Shown piece after piece: positions 10,528 through 20,277 of a stretch of DNA of 64,000 nucleotides. The notes beneath the pieces are model-generated. The model searched no databases. It saw nothing but the letters and a program-made list of their open reading frames with translations, and was not told the origin of the DNA. The stretch is from an archaeon (GTDB lineage Archaea; Iainarchaeota; Iainarchaeia; Iainarchaeales; JAAZKV01). The stretch covers positions 70,545 to 134,544 of the forward strand of contig JBAZFU010000001.1 in NCBI GenBank assembly GCA_041653195.1. The letters are read 5' to 3'. The position numbers and the translations under genes were made by a program. Position 1 is the first letter of the stretch; each line of letters starts with the position of its first letter.

Positions 10528-10547
10528 TTAGACATTTTATCTATTGC

Positions 10548-12362
10548 ATGGCCGAAGAATACCTGAACCAATTGATGAAACAATTAAAGGAAAAAAGCGA
10601 ACCAGAGACGGAAAACGAAAAAATTCCCGACGCAGGCGTTAAACTTTCCGGAACAAAAAAAATAAGCCAAATAGAAGAGGAAATAATTGTCTCGGAAAAA
10701 AATGCCGACGAATCTTTTGTGAGAGCCCCCACCTATTCCGCAGAAACCGTCGAAAGCGAAGCGGAAGAAAAACAAAAAATTATGCCTGCACAGAGAATGA
10801 GTGCAAATGATGCCCTCTCTCCGCTAAAAAAAGAAATCAGTGAAGGAAGCGAACCAATACCCGACGCCGCGGAAAAAACGACTGCCGAAAAAGAAGTGGA
10901 AAAAAGTCAAAAAATAGAACTAAAGTCCTATGGAAAAGTAAAAATATTCAGGATACCGGAAAAACCGTTGCCGTACTACTTCATCCCGACTCCGCGCCCA
11001 ACCTCTGCAGAAAGAAAAATAATAAACACAATAAAAGAGGCAACAACAAGACTAATATCAATTGCGCCTTACAAAGTGCGCGACCCCGAACAAAGAAGAA
11101 TAGTTTACAAACAAAAAATAATCGAAATACTAAAAAACAGCCCTTCGCTCAAAGTGCCCGAAAGCAGAATAAATTTTTACGCCGAAGCCGTGGTAAGAGA
11201 AATGGTCGGATACGGAATAATTGACGACTTGATAAAGGACGACCAACTCGAAGAAATAATGGTAATCGGACCGAAACAACCCATCTACGTTTTCCACAGA
11301 GAATTCGAAATGATGAGCACCAACATAGAATTCTTTTCAGAACAAGAAATAGAGGACTTGGTAAACAAAATCGCAAGAGAAGTAGGAAGAAGAGTTGATG
11401 TTTCAGCGCCGCTACTTGATGCAAGACTTCCCGACGGAAGCAGAGTAAACGCAACAATACCTCCCGCGTCAATAAGCGGAGGAACACTCACAATAAGAAA
11501 ATTCAAGGCAGACCCCTACTCAATAATTGATTTAATAAAAATAGGAACTATTTCAAGCGAAGCGGCAGCATTCCTCTGGCTCTGCGTAGAAGGAATGAAT
11601 GTAAAACCGGCGAACATACTGATTTCGGGAGGAACCGGATCCGGAAAAACAACACTATTAAATATTTTAACCGCATTCGTTCCGGAAAGAGAAAGAGTAA
11701 TTACAATCGAAGACACTGCAGAATTAAGTTTGCCGCTAAAACACTGGATAAGAATGGAAGCAAGACCGCCCGGATTGGAAGGAACAGGCGAATTGAAAAT
11801 GGATATTCTTACAAAAAACTCTCTCCGAATGAGACCTGACAGAATAATTGTCGGAGAAGTAAGGCACGAAGAAGCATTCACGCTTTTCACCGCACTTAAC
11901 ACCGGCCACGACGGATGCATGGGAACGGTTCACGCAAACAGCCCACAGGAAACAATAATCAGGGTAACAAACCCGCCGATGAATGTCCCAAAAATAATGC
12001 TCAGCGGATTAGACATGATAATAATAGAACACAGACTGCACGACAGAAAAAAAGGAACAATAAGAAGGATAACCGAAATGGCGGAAGTTTACAACGCGCT
12101 TGAAGGGGACCCAAAAACAGAAACGATTTACAAATGGGACCCTGTAAAAGACTCGCTTGAAAGAACACTTGTAAACAGCAAGTATGTTAACAATCTCCAA
12201 ATATTCAGCGGACTAAACAAAGAACAAATCAACGCCGAAATAAACATAAGAAAAACTTTTTTAGACGAACTCACAAAACAAAATATTCGAAGCATTTTAG
12301 CCGTTTCATCAGCAACAAAAAAATTCTTGGAAAAAAGAGCCGAAGCGAGTGATTTGAAATGA
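10548..12362 (+). CDS. type IV filament assembly ATPase (TadA/FlaI/VirB11 superfamily)
   Basis: 604 aa; Walker A GGTGSGKTT; T2SS-E-like core; acidic N-terminal extension; followed by platform and pilin genes. Confidence 0.85.
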   Translation: MAEEYLNQLMKQLKEKSEPETENEKIPDAGVKLSGTKKISQIEEEIIVSEKNADESFVRAPTYSAETVESEAEEKQKIMPAQRMSANDALSPLKKEISEGSEPIPDAAEKTTAEKEVEKSQKIELKSYGKVKIFRIPEKPLPYYFIPTPRPTSAERKIINTIKEATTRLISIAPYKVRDPEQRRIVYKQKIIEILKNSPSLKVPESRINFYAEAVVREMVGYGIIDDLIKDDQLEEIMVIGPKQPIYVFHREFEMMSTNIEFFSEQEIEDLVNKIAREVGRRVDVSAPLLDARLPDGSRVNATIPPASISGGTLTIRKFKADPYSIIDLIKIGTISSEAAAFLWLCVEGMNVKPANILISGGTGSGKTTLLNILTAFVPERERVITIEDTAELSLPLKHWIRMEARPPGLEGTGELKMDILTKNSLRMRPDRIIVGEVRHEEAFTLFTALNTGHDGCMGTVHANSPQETIIRVTNPPMNVPKIMLSGLDMIIIEHRLHDRKKGTIRRITEMAEVYNALEGDPKTETIYKWDPVKDSLERTLVNSKYVNNLQIFSGLNKEQINAEINIRKTFLDELTKQNIRSILAVSSATKKFLEKRAEASDLK

Positions 12363-13465
12363 GCGGACTTGAACAGGGAAACTATTCAATAGACAAGGAA
12401 GAAGTGGACAGAATAGTCGAAGGAATGAAAAAAAAATACCAAGAAGAAGGAATGCACTTTGAAGAAGTTTCAGAAAACCTGCGCGAACTAAGAGGAATAA
12501 TTTCAGAAGAATCTTATTCAAAAATAGACATAGAAAGCGAATCGGATGTGGAAAACTTTGATTCCAAAGCAATGCAATTCTTCGGAAACCTTTACCTAAA
12601 AACAAGAGGAATACTCAAACCTATACAGGAATCACTCAAAAAACTCCCGTCAAACAAAGAACTGAGCTATTACCTCTACTCCGCAAATATGCAATACTCG
12701 TCAAACCAATATTTGGCAATATCAAGTGCGGTCGGGCTGCTCGCCGGCCTAATCATATTCGCATCAATATTATTAGTCGGAGCAATACTGCTAAGCCCGC
12801 TAATAGCAATACTTGCATTCCCCATGGCAATGTTTGCCGGAATAATCGCAACGGTAATAACCCTCATAATCCCAAAACAAAAGGCAACTGCAAGAGGCGA
12901 TGCGTGCTCGGTTGAACTGCCATTCGCTTTAAGACACATGGCAACCGAACTCAAAGCAGGAATCGGACTATACAAAACAATACAAGCTGTTGCGGCAGCG
13001 AATTACGGAGTGCTAAGCGAAGAATTTGCAAGAACAATAAATGAAATAGAAGAAGGAACAGACACAAGCCTCGCGCTCAGACACCTCGCACTAAGAACAC
13101 AAAGCAGACCGCTAAAAACTGCAATAATGCACATAATAAGAGCGATGAGAATCGGCGGAAACCTTTCAAATATAATAAATGAAATCGCAAACGATGTCTC
13201 GGAAGACCTGCGAAACAGAATAAACGCATTCTCCCAAAAAATGAATCTATTCTCGGTAATATTCATCTTCATCGGAATAGTTATGCCTGTAGGAATAACA
13301 ATACTCGGCGCAATAAGAAACTCGCCAATAACGAGCGGCGGACAGGAACTGTTTAGTGCGATTCCGCTCACACCTCCAATAATGATAATATTTTACTTAG
13401 TCGCAATGCCATCACTATTCATAATGCTAAATTTTATGATTTATGTAATGCAACCAAAAATGTGA
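12359..13465 (+). CDS. T2SSF-domain membrane platform protein (TadB-like, single domain)
   Basis: 368 aa; polytopic; 4-nt overlap with ATPase gene; one T2SSF-like cytoplasmic domain (EFARTINEIEEGTDTSLALRHLA). Confidence 0.7.
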   Translation: MSGLEQGNYSIDKEEVDRIVEGMKKKYQEEGMHFEEVSENLRELRGIISEESYSKIDIESESDVENFDSKAMQFFGNLYLKTRGILKPIQESLKKLPSNKELSYYLYSANMQYSSNQYLAISSAVGLLAGLIIFASILLVGAILLSPLIAILAFPMAMFAGIIATVITLIIPKQKATARGDACSVELPFALRHMATELKAGIGLYKTIQAVAAANYGVLSEEFARTINEIEEGTDTSLALRHLALRTQSRPLKTAIMHIIRAMRIGGNLSNIINEIANDVSEDLRNRINAFSQKMNLFSVIFIFIGIVMPVGITILGAIRNSPITSGGQELFSAIPLTPPIMIIFYLVAMPSLFIMLNFMIYVMQPKM

Positions 13466-14391
13466 AACAAAAAAGGGATGTTATGAATTTAGTAGAAGAA
13501 TATACATCATGGATAGAATTCAGCAGAATACCAATAAAGGCACCCGTGTGGGTTGCGATGTCAATAATAGTTGCAGGCCTTGTAGGAGGACTTTCTCTTG
13601 TAATGACCTTCATTATACTTCATGAAGTAACACTGCTTCCGGTAGCATTCGCAATAGCAACACTGGTATTACTCCTCGGCTACCCTTACATGAAAACCGA
13701 ATCCATAATAGACTCTATCGAAAAAAATTTCAGCGACGCACTCAAACAAATGGCAGACACTCTAAAAGCAGGAGACACTTATGAAAGCGCGCTACGCGAA
13801 GTAGCGAATGCGGAATATGGAAGACTCTCGGAAGAAATGGACTCCGCACTCAGAAGACTGGAAGAAGGAGAAAATCTTGAAACATCACTAACAGGCTTCG
13901 CTGAAAAAGTAAATTCAAAACTTGTTAGAAGAACAATGACAATAATACTTGATTCTATAAGAACCGGGGCAAGCCTCGCGGACATACTTGACGAAATATC
14001 CGATGATGTACGAGCCATAGAAAGAATAAAAGAAGAAAGAAAATCAAACACCACAATGCAATTCATGTTCATGGCGCTGGCGGGCGGATTAATAGCCCCT
14101 GCAATATTCGGCGAAGTAAACAGCGTGATGACGATATTTTCAAAAGTTTCACTAAAAATGCTTGCAACAAGCCAACTCGAAGCAAGCCAACAGGTTACAA
14201 ACTTAATATTGCTATTAATACAATCCTATTTGATAATTGAGGTTGTAGCATCAGGCGCAATGATGTCAATAATAAGAGAAGGAAAGTTGAACAAAAGCGT
14301 TATATATATCCCACTCCTATTATTGCTTGCTTTCATAGCATACTACGCCACTAGAGCGGGAACTGCCGCACTAATAGGGAGCGCAGTGTGA
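13462..14391 (+). CDS. T2SSF-domain membrane platform protein (TadC-like, single domain)
   Basis: 309 aa; paralog of the preceding gene (YGRLSEEMDSALRRLEEGENLETSL); 4-nt overlap. Confidence 0.7.
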   Translation: MKQKRDVMNLVEEYTSWIEFSRIPIKAPVWVAMSIIVAGLVGGLSLVMTFIILHEVTLLPVAFAIATLVLLLGYPYMKTESIIDSIEKNFSDALKQMADTLKAGDTYESALREVANAEYGRLSEEMDSALRRLEEGENLETSLTGFAEKVNSKLVRRTMTIILDSIRTGASLADILDEISDDVRAIERIKEERKSNTTMQFMFMALAGGLIAPAIFGEVNSVMTIFSKVSLKMLATSQLEASQQVTNLILLLIQSYLIIEVVASGAMMSIIREGKLNKSVIYIPLLLLLAFIAYYATRAGTAALIGSAV

Positions 14392-14435
14392 TTTAATACA
14401 AAAAATAGTTTTAAAAAAATCAGAGGATTGAGAAA

Positions 14436-14576
14436 ATGGAAGAAAGAGCACAAATAAATTTAGAGTACCTGTTAATAATCGCGGGAGCAGTAGTAGTAGC
14501 AACCACTGTGGGATTGTTCATAAAACAAAGCGCGTCCGCAATAACAAGTTCCGCTCAAGAACAGGCACAGAACTAA
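14436..14576 (+). CDS. small Flp/Epd-like pilin (46 aa), class III signal peptide
   Basis: Not in ORF track (<60 aa). MEERAQINLEYLLIIAGAVVVATTVGLF...; GAGG RBS 8 nt upstream; Q-x-x-x-EY motif followed by a hydrophobic helix. Confidence 0.6.
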   Translation: MEERAQINLEYLLIIAGAVVVATTVGLFIKQSASAITSSAQEQAQN

Positions 14577-14680
14577 AAAAACCACGTATTCTTATTTGGA
14601 AAAAAAATCCAAAACATTTAAAAACCAGAAAAACCTTATAGCTCCAGAATTATTCTTACAACCAAAAAGGAGGTTTACAA

Positions 14681-14944
14681 ATGAAAGGAAGAGGACAAGG
14701 ATCGCTGGAGTACCTGCTCATAATCGGAGCAGCACTAATAATCGCGATAATTGTAATTGCAGTAGTAACCGGACTTGGTTCAAACAATGCTCCACCAACA
14801 AGTGATGTTCAGGCACAAGCCGATGTTGGAAAATGCCTAAACAATTGTTGTGAATTTGGAATAAATTCTGATAAAAACTGTGAAACAATAAATCCTGCTG
14901 CATGCCAATTGCCAGACAATAACAGCAACTGGAAGGGCTGTTAA
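14681..14944 (+). CDS. class III signal-peptide pilin with Cys-rich C-terminal module
   Basis: 87 aa; MKGRGQGSLEYLLIIGAALIIAIIVIAVV; AAAGGAGG RBS; C-terminus has 6 Cys including the CLNNCC motif. Confidence 0.7.
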   Translation: MKGRGQGSLEYLLIIGAALIIAIIVIAVVTGLGSNNAPPTSDVQAQADVGKCLNNCCEFGINSDKNCETINPAACQLPDNNSNWKGC

Positions 14945-15099
14945 AAAAAATATTCTATTTCGGGATGACGCCCAAGAATAAGCATTTTTGGGCGCCATTT
15001 CTAATTTTTTTAAATTTTCAACCATAAATATTTTCCAATTTTTTATCCCGATTGCATTAAGGCAAATGTTTAAAAACTAGAAAAGCGTTATAGAACACA

Positions 15100-15591
15100 A
15101 TGGACAAACGCGGACAAGGCGCACTAGAGTACCTGCTCATAATCGGAGCAGCGCTGGTAATTGCAATAATAGTTATTTCTGTAATAGTTTTGACTGGGAC
15201 ATCTACTGACACAAGCGCCTCAACATCAAGTGCAGCAAACAAGTTGGACCAAACGAACTGTCTAAACGACTGCTGCTACAAAAGCAAAACAAGCGACCAA
15301 AACTGCGAAACAATACTTTCAAATTACTGCGCAATACCTCCTGCAAGCAGCGACGACTCGAATACTTACAAATATGAAAACTATTACAAGGAATGCGTTC
15401 CGAATTTCGTGAGAGGGGGCGATATAGCAAAATGTACTGCCACTATAAGCGGGTGCTGCTACAATGCTCCAACAACCGATAAAAACTGCGACTTAATAAT
15501 TCCAAGCGTTTGTATAGGTCCGACAAATTGCGCGGATTTGCCGACACAACCAGAAATAGACGCGTGCGACGCCAGATACCAAGGCTGCTAA
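15100..15591 (+). CDS. class III signal-peptide pilin with large Cys-rich C-terminal domain
   Basis: 163 aa; MDKRGQGALEYLLIIGAALVIAIIVISV; 16 Cys; shares the CLNDCC motif with neighbours. Confidence 0.7.
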   Translation: MDKRGQGALEYLLIIGAALVIAIIVISVIVLTGTSTDTSASTSSAANKLDQTNCLNDCCYKSKTSDQNCETILSNYCAIPPASSDDSNTYKYENYYKECVPNFVRGGDIAKCTATISGCCYNAPTTDKNCDLIIPSVCIGPTNCADLPTQPEIDACDARYQGC

Positions 15592-15689
15592 CATTAGGCT
15601 TAAATTATTCTTTCTGCAACAGAAACTATTTTTGTTTGCACCAAAACCATAAACACAATCTTTAAATACCTGAATGAATTATTATTAGC

Positions 15690-16046
15690 ATGGAAAAATC
15701 AAAACGCGGACAAGGTGCAATAGAGTACCTGCTTCTTCTAGCTGCAGGAGTAATAGTAGTTGCAGTAGTGATGATATTTTTAATTAACTCAACAACCGTT
15801 GGAAAAGAAAGCGGTTGCGCCGGTTTAAACACGTATTTGTGCGACAACTTAGACTCTAATACCGAGACCTGCGCATGCTATACCGGAAATGCAAACGGCT
15901 ACTGGTCAAGTTTGGATTGTAATACCAGTGTCTGCAAAGGACAACAAGCTTCTGTGTGCTGCAATAAGGACTGTACAGAACTCAACAGCAAGTGGAAGGA
16001 TACGAACAGCCAGTTAGGACCAACAAGTCCAAAACTTTGCGGATAA
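15690..16046 (+). CDS. class III signal-peptide pilin with Cys-rich C-terminal domain
   Basis: 118 aa; MEKSKRGQGAIEYLLLLAAGVIVVAVV; 10 Cys. Confidence 0.7.
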   Translation: MEKSKRGQGAIEYLLLLAAGVIVVAVVMIFLINSTTVGKESGCAGLNTYLCDNLDSNTETCACYTGNANGYWSSLDCNTSVCKGQQASVCCNKDCTELNSKWKDTNSQLGPTSPKLCG

Positions 16047-16065
16047 AAAAAACCAAGTGTCAAAA

Positions 16066-16243
16066 AATGTTTGAAGAAGAAAGAGCGCAAGTTTCTTTCG
16101 AATACCTACTCACAGCAGTCTTTGGAATAATGCTCGCGATAAGCGCCGCAATAATCATAGAAACTCTAAGAGAAATCGCATTGCGTGCACAGGCAGACAT
16201 ACTAACCACAAGAGAAGAAGTAATCACGAATATAATGGAATAA
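16066..16243 (+). CDS. small Flp/Epd-like pilin (59 aa)
   Basis: ATG at 16066 inside the longer ORF 15992..16243; MFEEERAQVSFEYLLTAVFGIMLAISAAII; paralog of the 14436 gene (ERAQxxxEYLL). Confidence 0.55.
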
Positions 16244-16317
16244 AATTTTCAAATCAAAAACTTGCTGCAAAATAAATGGTTTTTTAAACACAAAAAACAA
16301 TCTCTTATTGAATCAAA

Positions 16318-17439
16318 ATGTTTCTAGCACTTCCAATAATCGCCTCGATAATTGGGCTTCTGGGCGCGACCTACACGGACCTTAAAGAAAGAATAGTGCC
16401 AAACAAGCTGAATTACGGGCTGGCAATTACGGGAATATTATTATATTCTGCGCAAAGCGTAATCGAATCAAACGCGACCCCTGTTCTTTATTCAATTGGG
16501 GGGCTCGCCGCAGGATTCGTATTCGGATGGGCCCTGTGGAAAATCGGAGTATTTGCCGGAGGAGACGTAAAATTATTTGCCGGACTCGGAGCACTTAACC
16601 CAGTAACCCCCTTCATCGCACAAACGCTTCTGCCTATTCAAATTTCTTATATTCAAATTCCTTTCATTTTTCCGATAACTCTTTTCATAAATTCATTAGT
16701 AGCATTCCTTCCATACGGACTAATAGTATTGCTTTACAAATTATCAAAAAACAAAAAATTTCAAAAAAAAATAGCAGCCGAAATGCTTACAAAAACAAAA
16801 CAAGCAATACACCTCGCTCTTTTTTCCGCCGCAACCTATACCATACTGACAGCCCTTTCAATAAACCCGATTATTTCAATCGCCATCGTAATAATTTGGA
16901 GCCTTACTAGAAACCTCAAAAAAATAATCACTGCAATTGCTTCAATAGCGGCAATTTCACTAAATTTTTCTGTATTTGGACAGGCTTTTGTAGCAATCGC
17001 CATTGTGACTGTAATACTTTACGGAATAATCAAACTGCTTTTTTCATTAAGACCGCTGTTATCAAAAGAAGTTTTGATTACTCGCCTTGAAGAGGGAATG
17101 ATTCCTGCAGACACTTTTGTGAAAAAAGACGGCAAAATAATAATTGCTGAAAAAATTTCGTTCAAACAAATAATTAAATACGCGAAAACACAAAAGATAA
17201 GTGAAATGGTAAAAGAATTCTCCTTACAGAAAAAGGAAATTATTTCTGCAAACAGGGCCAGGGGGCTCACTTTGAAAGAAATTGCAATTGTAAAAAAATT
17301 TGCAAAAGAAGGAAAAATGCCAAAAAAAATAACCATAAAAGAATCGATGCCATTTGTTCCGACAATGATGCTCGGTTACCTGCTCTGCATGGCCGCAGGA
17401 GACTTTATAATAATGACTTTGCTGAAGGTGATTTTTTGA
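16318..17439 (+). CDS. A24-family prepilin/preflagellin peptidase (PibD/FlaK/EppA-like) with C-terminal extension
   Basis: 373 aa; catalytic-Asp motifs TYTDLKERIVPN and FAGGDVKLFAGLGA; polytopic membrane protein. Confidence 0.75.
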   Translation: MFLALPIIASIIGLLGATYTDLKERIVPNKLNYGLAITGILLYSAQSVIESNATPVLYSIGGLAAGFVFGWALWKIGVFAGGDVKLFAGLGALNPVTPFIAQTLLPIQISYIQIPFIFPITLFINSLVAFLPYGLIVLLYKLSKNKKFQKKIAAEMLTKTKQAIHLALFSAATYTILTALSINPIISIAIVIIWSLTRNLKKIITAIASIAAISLNFSVFGQAFVAIAIVTVILYGIIKLLFSLRPLLSKEVLITRLEEGMIPADTFVKKDGKIIIAEKISFKQIIKYAKTQKISEMVKEFSLQKKEIISANRARGLTLKEIAIVKKFAKEGKMPKKITIKESMPFVPTMMLGYLLCMAAGDFIIMTLLKVIF

Positions 17440-17897
17440 AACGCGGACAAACATCAATCGAGTTCATAATAATAATTTTGATAGTTGTGTTGTTTGTAAT
17501 AACTACTACAAAGCCGCTGATTGAAAACGCCAAAGGGATAACTGAGGACATTGTAAATATTACAAGAGCAAACAGCGAAACAAAACGAATTGCCAATGCC
17601 GCAACGGAAATATCTCTAATGGGCGTCAGTTCAAAAAAAACAATCGAAGTTTCTATTCCTGCAAAAGCAACACTGCACTGCTACCAAGACAAAAATGTCG
17701 GATTTACTGTTGAATTACAAGTTCCGCCTTATCCAAAAGACTGCAATAACGGGATATGCGACAAAAATATTCTAACGCCAACATCATTCAACGGCAGTTC
17801 GCCAATTTCGTGCAATTCGCAATTCGAAAATATAAAAGGTCAAAAAACGATAGTAATTGAAAAGGACGATGAATCAAAAATTTCAATACACCCGTAA
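17436..17897 (+). CDS. class III signal-peptide (pilin-like) protein
   Basis: 153 aa; MKRGQTSIEFIIIILIVVLFVI; 4-nt overlap with peptidase gene. Confidence 0.6.
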   Translation: MKRGQTSIEFIIIILIVVLFVITTTKPLIENAKGITEDIVNITRANSETKRIANAATEISLMGVSSKKTIEVSIPAKATLHCYQDKNVGFTVELQVPPYPKDCNNGICDKNILTPTSFNGSSPISCNSQFENIKGQKTIVIEKDDESKISIHP

Positions 17898-17920
17898 AAA
17901 GAAAACTAAAAGGGCAAAAA

Positions 17921-18271
17921 ATGAAACAAAAGGGACAAACAAATTTCGAGGCGCTGATACTGCTTCTACTGGTAATAAGCTCCGCAATATTCATATCCGC
18001 GCTTTACTTTCAAACCCATGACATCACAATTGCAACGGCCATTGCAAGAAATGATATTTTAAAACAACTCAATTCAATCGATGAACAGATTGAGATAGAA
18101 AGCGTAAAAGTAACTGTGAATTCGTTAAAAGACGCAAATATAAATATTAAAACTTCTCCAGAAACCGTTTATTCATCGAATCTTGATTCGGAAAAACTCG
18201 CGGAAACCGCTGCAAAAATAAAATCCGACACCTCATTCAATCACATACTAATTAAAATTAACGACAACTAG
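17921..18271 (+). CDS. class III signal-peptide (pilin-like) protein
   Basis: 116 aa; MKQKGQTNFEALILLLLVISSAIFI. Confidence 0.6.
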   Translation: MKQKGQTNFEALILLLLVISSAIFISALYFQTHDITIATAIARNDILKQLNSIDEQIEIESVKVTVNSLKDANINIKTSPETVYSSNLDSEKLAETAAKIKSDTSFNHILIKINDN

Positions 18272-18364
18272 AGCCCCTTGCATTTTCCGCCCGCCACGTT
18301 TTTCTGTTTCGTTAAGCGACGAAAAAAACACCTTGTTTTTATTCCTGCAAAAAAAATCCTTTTA

Positions 18365-18703
18365 ATGAATGAACAAAATCTTGCACGAATATGTCTTGCA
18401 ATAAGCGCAACCGGAATAATTCTGTTTATAATTTTCTATGCGCCCGAATTTGAAGAAAAAAGCATAAAAGAGATGCTTGAATCGGATGCGGAAAAAACAG
18501 GAATTATTTTCGGCAGAGTGGATTACGTAATAAAAAATACGCCGTCAACAAGCTTTATCCTAAACGACGGAAGCACAATTCTAATTTATTTTCCAAAACA
18601 AACAGAACTCAAAAAAAATGATTTCGTAAAAGTTTATGGAACAACGCAGGAATACGGCGATCAGAATGAAATATACGCTTACAAACTGGTCGTGGAAAAA
18701 TGA
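18365..18703 (+). CDS. membrane-anchored OB-fold-like small protein
   Basis: ATG at 18365 (MNEQNLARICLAISATGIILFII); single N-terminal TM helix then a beta-rich roughly 85-aa domain. Confidence 0.45.
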   Translation: MNEQNLARICLAISATGIILFIIFYAPEFEEKSIKEMLESDAEKTGIIFGRVDYVIKNTPSTSFILNDGSTILIYFPKQTELKKNDFVKVYGTTQEYGDQNEIYAYKLVVEK

Positions 18704-19863
18704 TAATTATCTTTTGTTTCCTCGGAATAATTGCAGGAATAATTGCGGGCTTAACGCCGGGATTGCATGCCAACAATATTGCAATAATCGCTTTGACAAG
18801 CCCGTTTTTCGGAGAGGATTTTGCGGCGTTTATACTTAGCATGTGCATCGTGCAAACATTTGTCGATTTTGTTCCCACAATTTTTTTAGGCGCACCGGAC
18901 ACGGAAACATTTGAGGGCGTACTTCCCGGCCATGCAATGCTTCTTGAAGGCAAAGGGATGGAAGCAATCTGCCTAACTGTATTTGGCGGAATAATTGCCA
19001 TAACTTTTAGCACATTATTAATCCCATTTTTCTTTATTTTTATCACACAAAACAGCGAAGCGATAGTTACGGCAACGCCCCCCGTCCTGGCTTTCGCAAT
19101 ACTTATTTTTGTCCTAAGCGAAGAAACCCGAAATAAAAAAATAGCCGCGATATTCACAATAATTTGCGCCGGAACACAAGGATTACTTTTCAGAAACCAA
19201 ATATTTCCGCTGATTACTGGGTATTTTGGCATTCCTACTATTGCATATGCGCTGCAAAAACAAACCTGTCAAAAGATTCAGTCTAAAGAGGTTAAAATAG
19301 AAAAAACCGGATTGCGAGAGGGAATTTGGGGAGTAATCGGCGGTTCAATAGTTGCACTCTTGCCGGGAATAGGAAGCAATGTTGCAGCACGAATAATACG
19401 CACATTCACAACAAAAATAAAACGAACAAATTATTTGGTTTTGATAGGAAGCGCCAACACTTCAAACTTTTTTTTCTCATACATAGTGCTTTTCGCCCTT
19501 TCAAAAGCAAGAAACGGGGCAATGATAGTCCTTAAAGAAAAAATATTCTTCACGAACTATGCGCTTCTACTCGGCACCATAATAATGATTTTCGCCGGAG
19601 GAATTGGCGGAATGGCCACAATATTTCTTGCAAAAAGCGCAATAGGCTTTTTTAATGAAAAAAGAACACAAATTCTTTCAATATTTACTCTCGCACTCAT
19701 GATAATTCTCGTAGGCTTTTTCAATGGGCCGAGTGGATTAATCGCACTGGTTTTTTCGAGTGCGCTTGGATTTTTCGTAATATTCAAAAAAATAAAAAGA
19801 AGCAGTTGCATGGCTTCAATAATCATTCCCGCAATGCTTTTCTACACATTCACCCTAATTTAA
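18700..19863 (+). CDS. TctA-family (DUF112) membrane protein
   Basis: 387 aa; GLTPGLHANN motif at N-terminus; 10 or more TM helices; 4-nt overlap with upstream gene. Confidence 0.6.
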   Translation: MIIIFCFLGIIAGIIAGLTPGLHANNIAIIALTSPFFGEDFAAFILSMCIVQTFVDFVPTIFLGAPDTETFEGVLPGHAMLLEGKGMEAICLTVFGGIIAITFSTLLIPFFFIFITQNSEAIVTATPPVLAFAILIFVLSEETRNKKIAAIFTIICAGTQGLLFRNQIFPLITGYFGIPTIAYALQKQTCQKIQSKEVKIEKTGLREGIWGVIGGSIVALLPGIGSNVAARIIRTFTTKIKRTNYLVLIGSANTSNFFFSYIVLFALSKARNGAMIVLKEKIFFTNYALLLGTIIMIFAGGIGGMATIFLAKSAIGFFNEKRTQILSIFTLALMIILVGFFNGPSGLIALVFSSALGFFVIFKKIKRSSCMASIIIPAMLFYTFTLI

Positions 19864-19865
19864 GG

Positions 19866-20243
19866 ATGGGTTGGAAAATAAAAAAAAATGTAATTGAAGC
19901 CATTATGGCCGCCTCAAAAGCCGCCTACCCAAATGAATTTGTTACATTACTTAGCGGAAGCGAAAAAGAAAAAATAGTTGATGAATATGCGATGTTGCCT
20001 GGAGACAGCGGGCCAACATTTGCTACGGTCGGCGGATGGGGCCTTGACGCCTACCCTGTAGACGAAAAATTAATAGGAAGCGCGCATTCTCATCCTTCCA
20101 ATTCAAATTTGCCAAGCATAGCGGACAAAAAATTCTTCAAGCAATACTTCTTAAACACCATAATTTGCGCCCCCTTTGAGATTCAAAATTTTGCTTTTTA
20201 CAACGCAAACGGGGAAAAAATAGGGGTTGAAATCATTGAATAG
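19866..20243 (+). CDS. JAMM/MPN-domain metalloprotease
   Basis: ATG at 19866; JAMM motif E...HSHPSNSNLPSIAD (H-x-H-x7-S-x2-D); about 125 aa. Confidence 0.7.
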   Translation: MGWKIKKNVIEAIMAASKAAYPNEFVTLLSGSEKEKIVDEYAMLPGDSGPTFATVGGWGLDAYPVDEKLIGSAHSHPSNSNLPSIADKKFFKQYFLNTIICAPFEIQNFAFYNANGEKIGVEIIE

Positions 20244-20277
20244 CAAGTTTAAAAAAAACAAAAAGCATTATCTCTGC

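Noticed and set aside
14596-14805. 69-aa plus-strand ORF
   Set aside because: It overlaps the better-supported pilin gene 14681..14944 in another frame. That gene has an RBS and a class III signal peptide; this ORF has neither.
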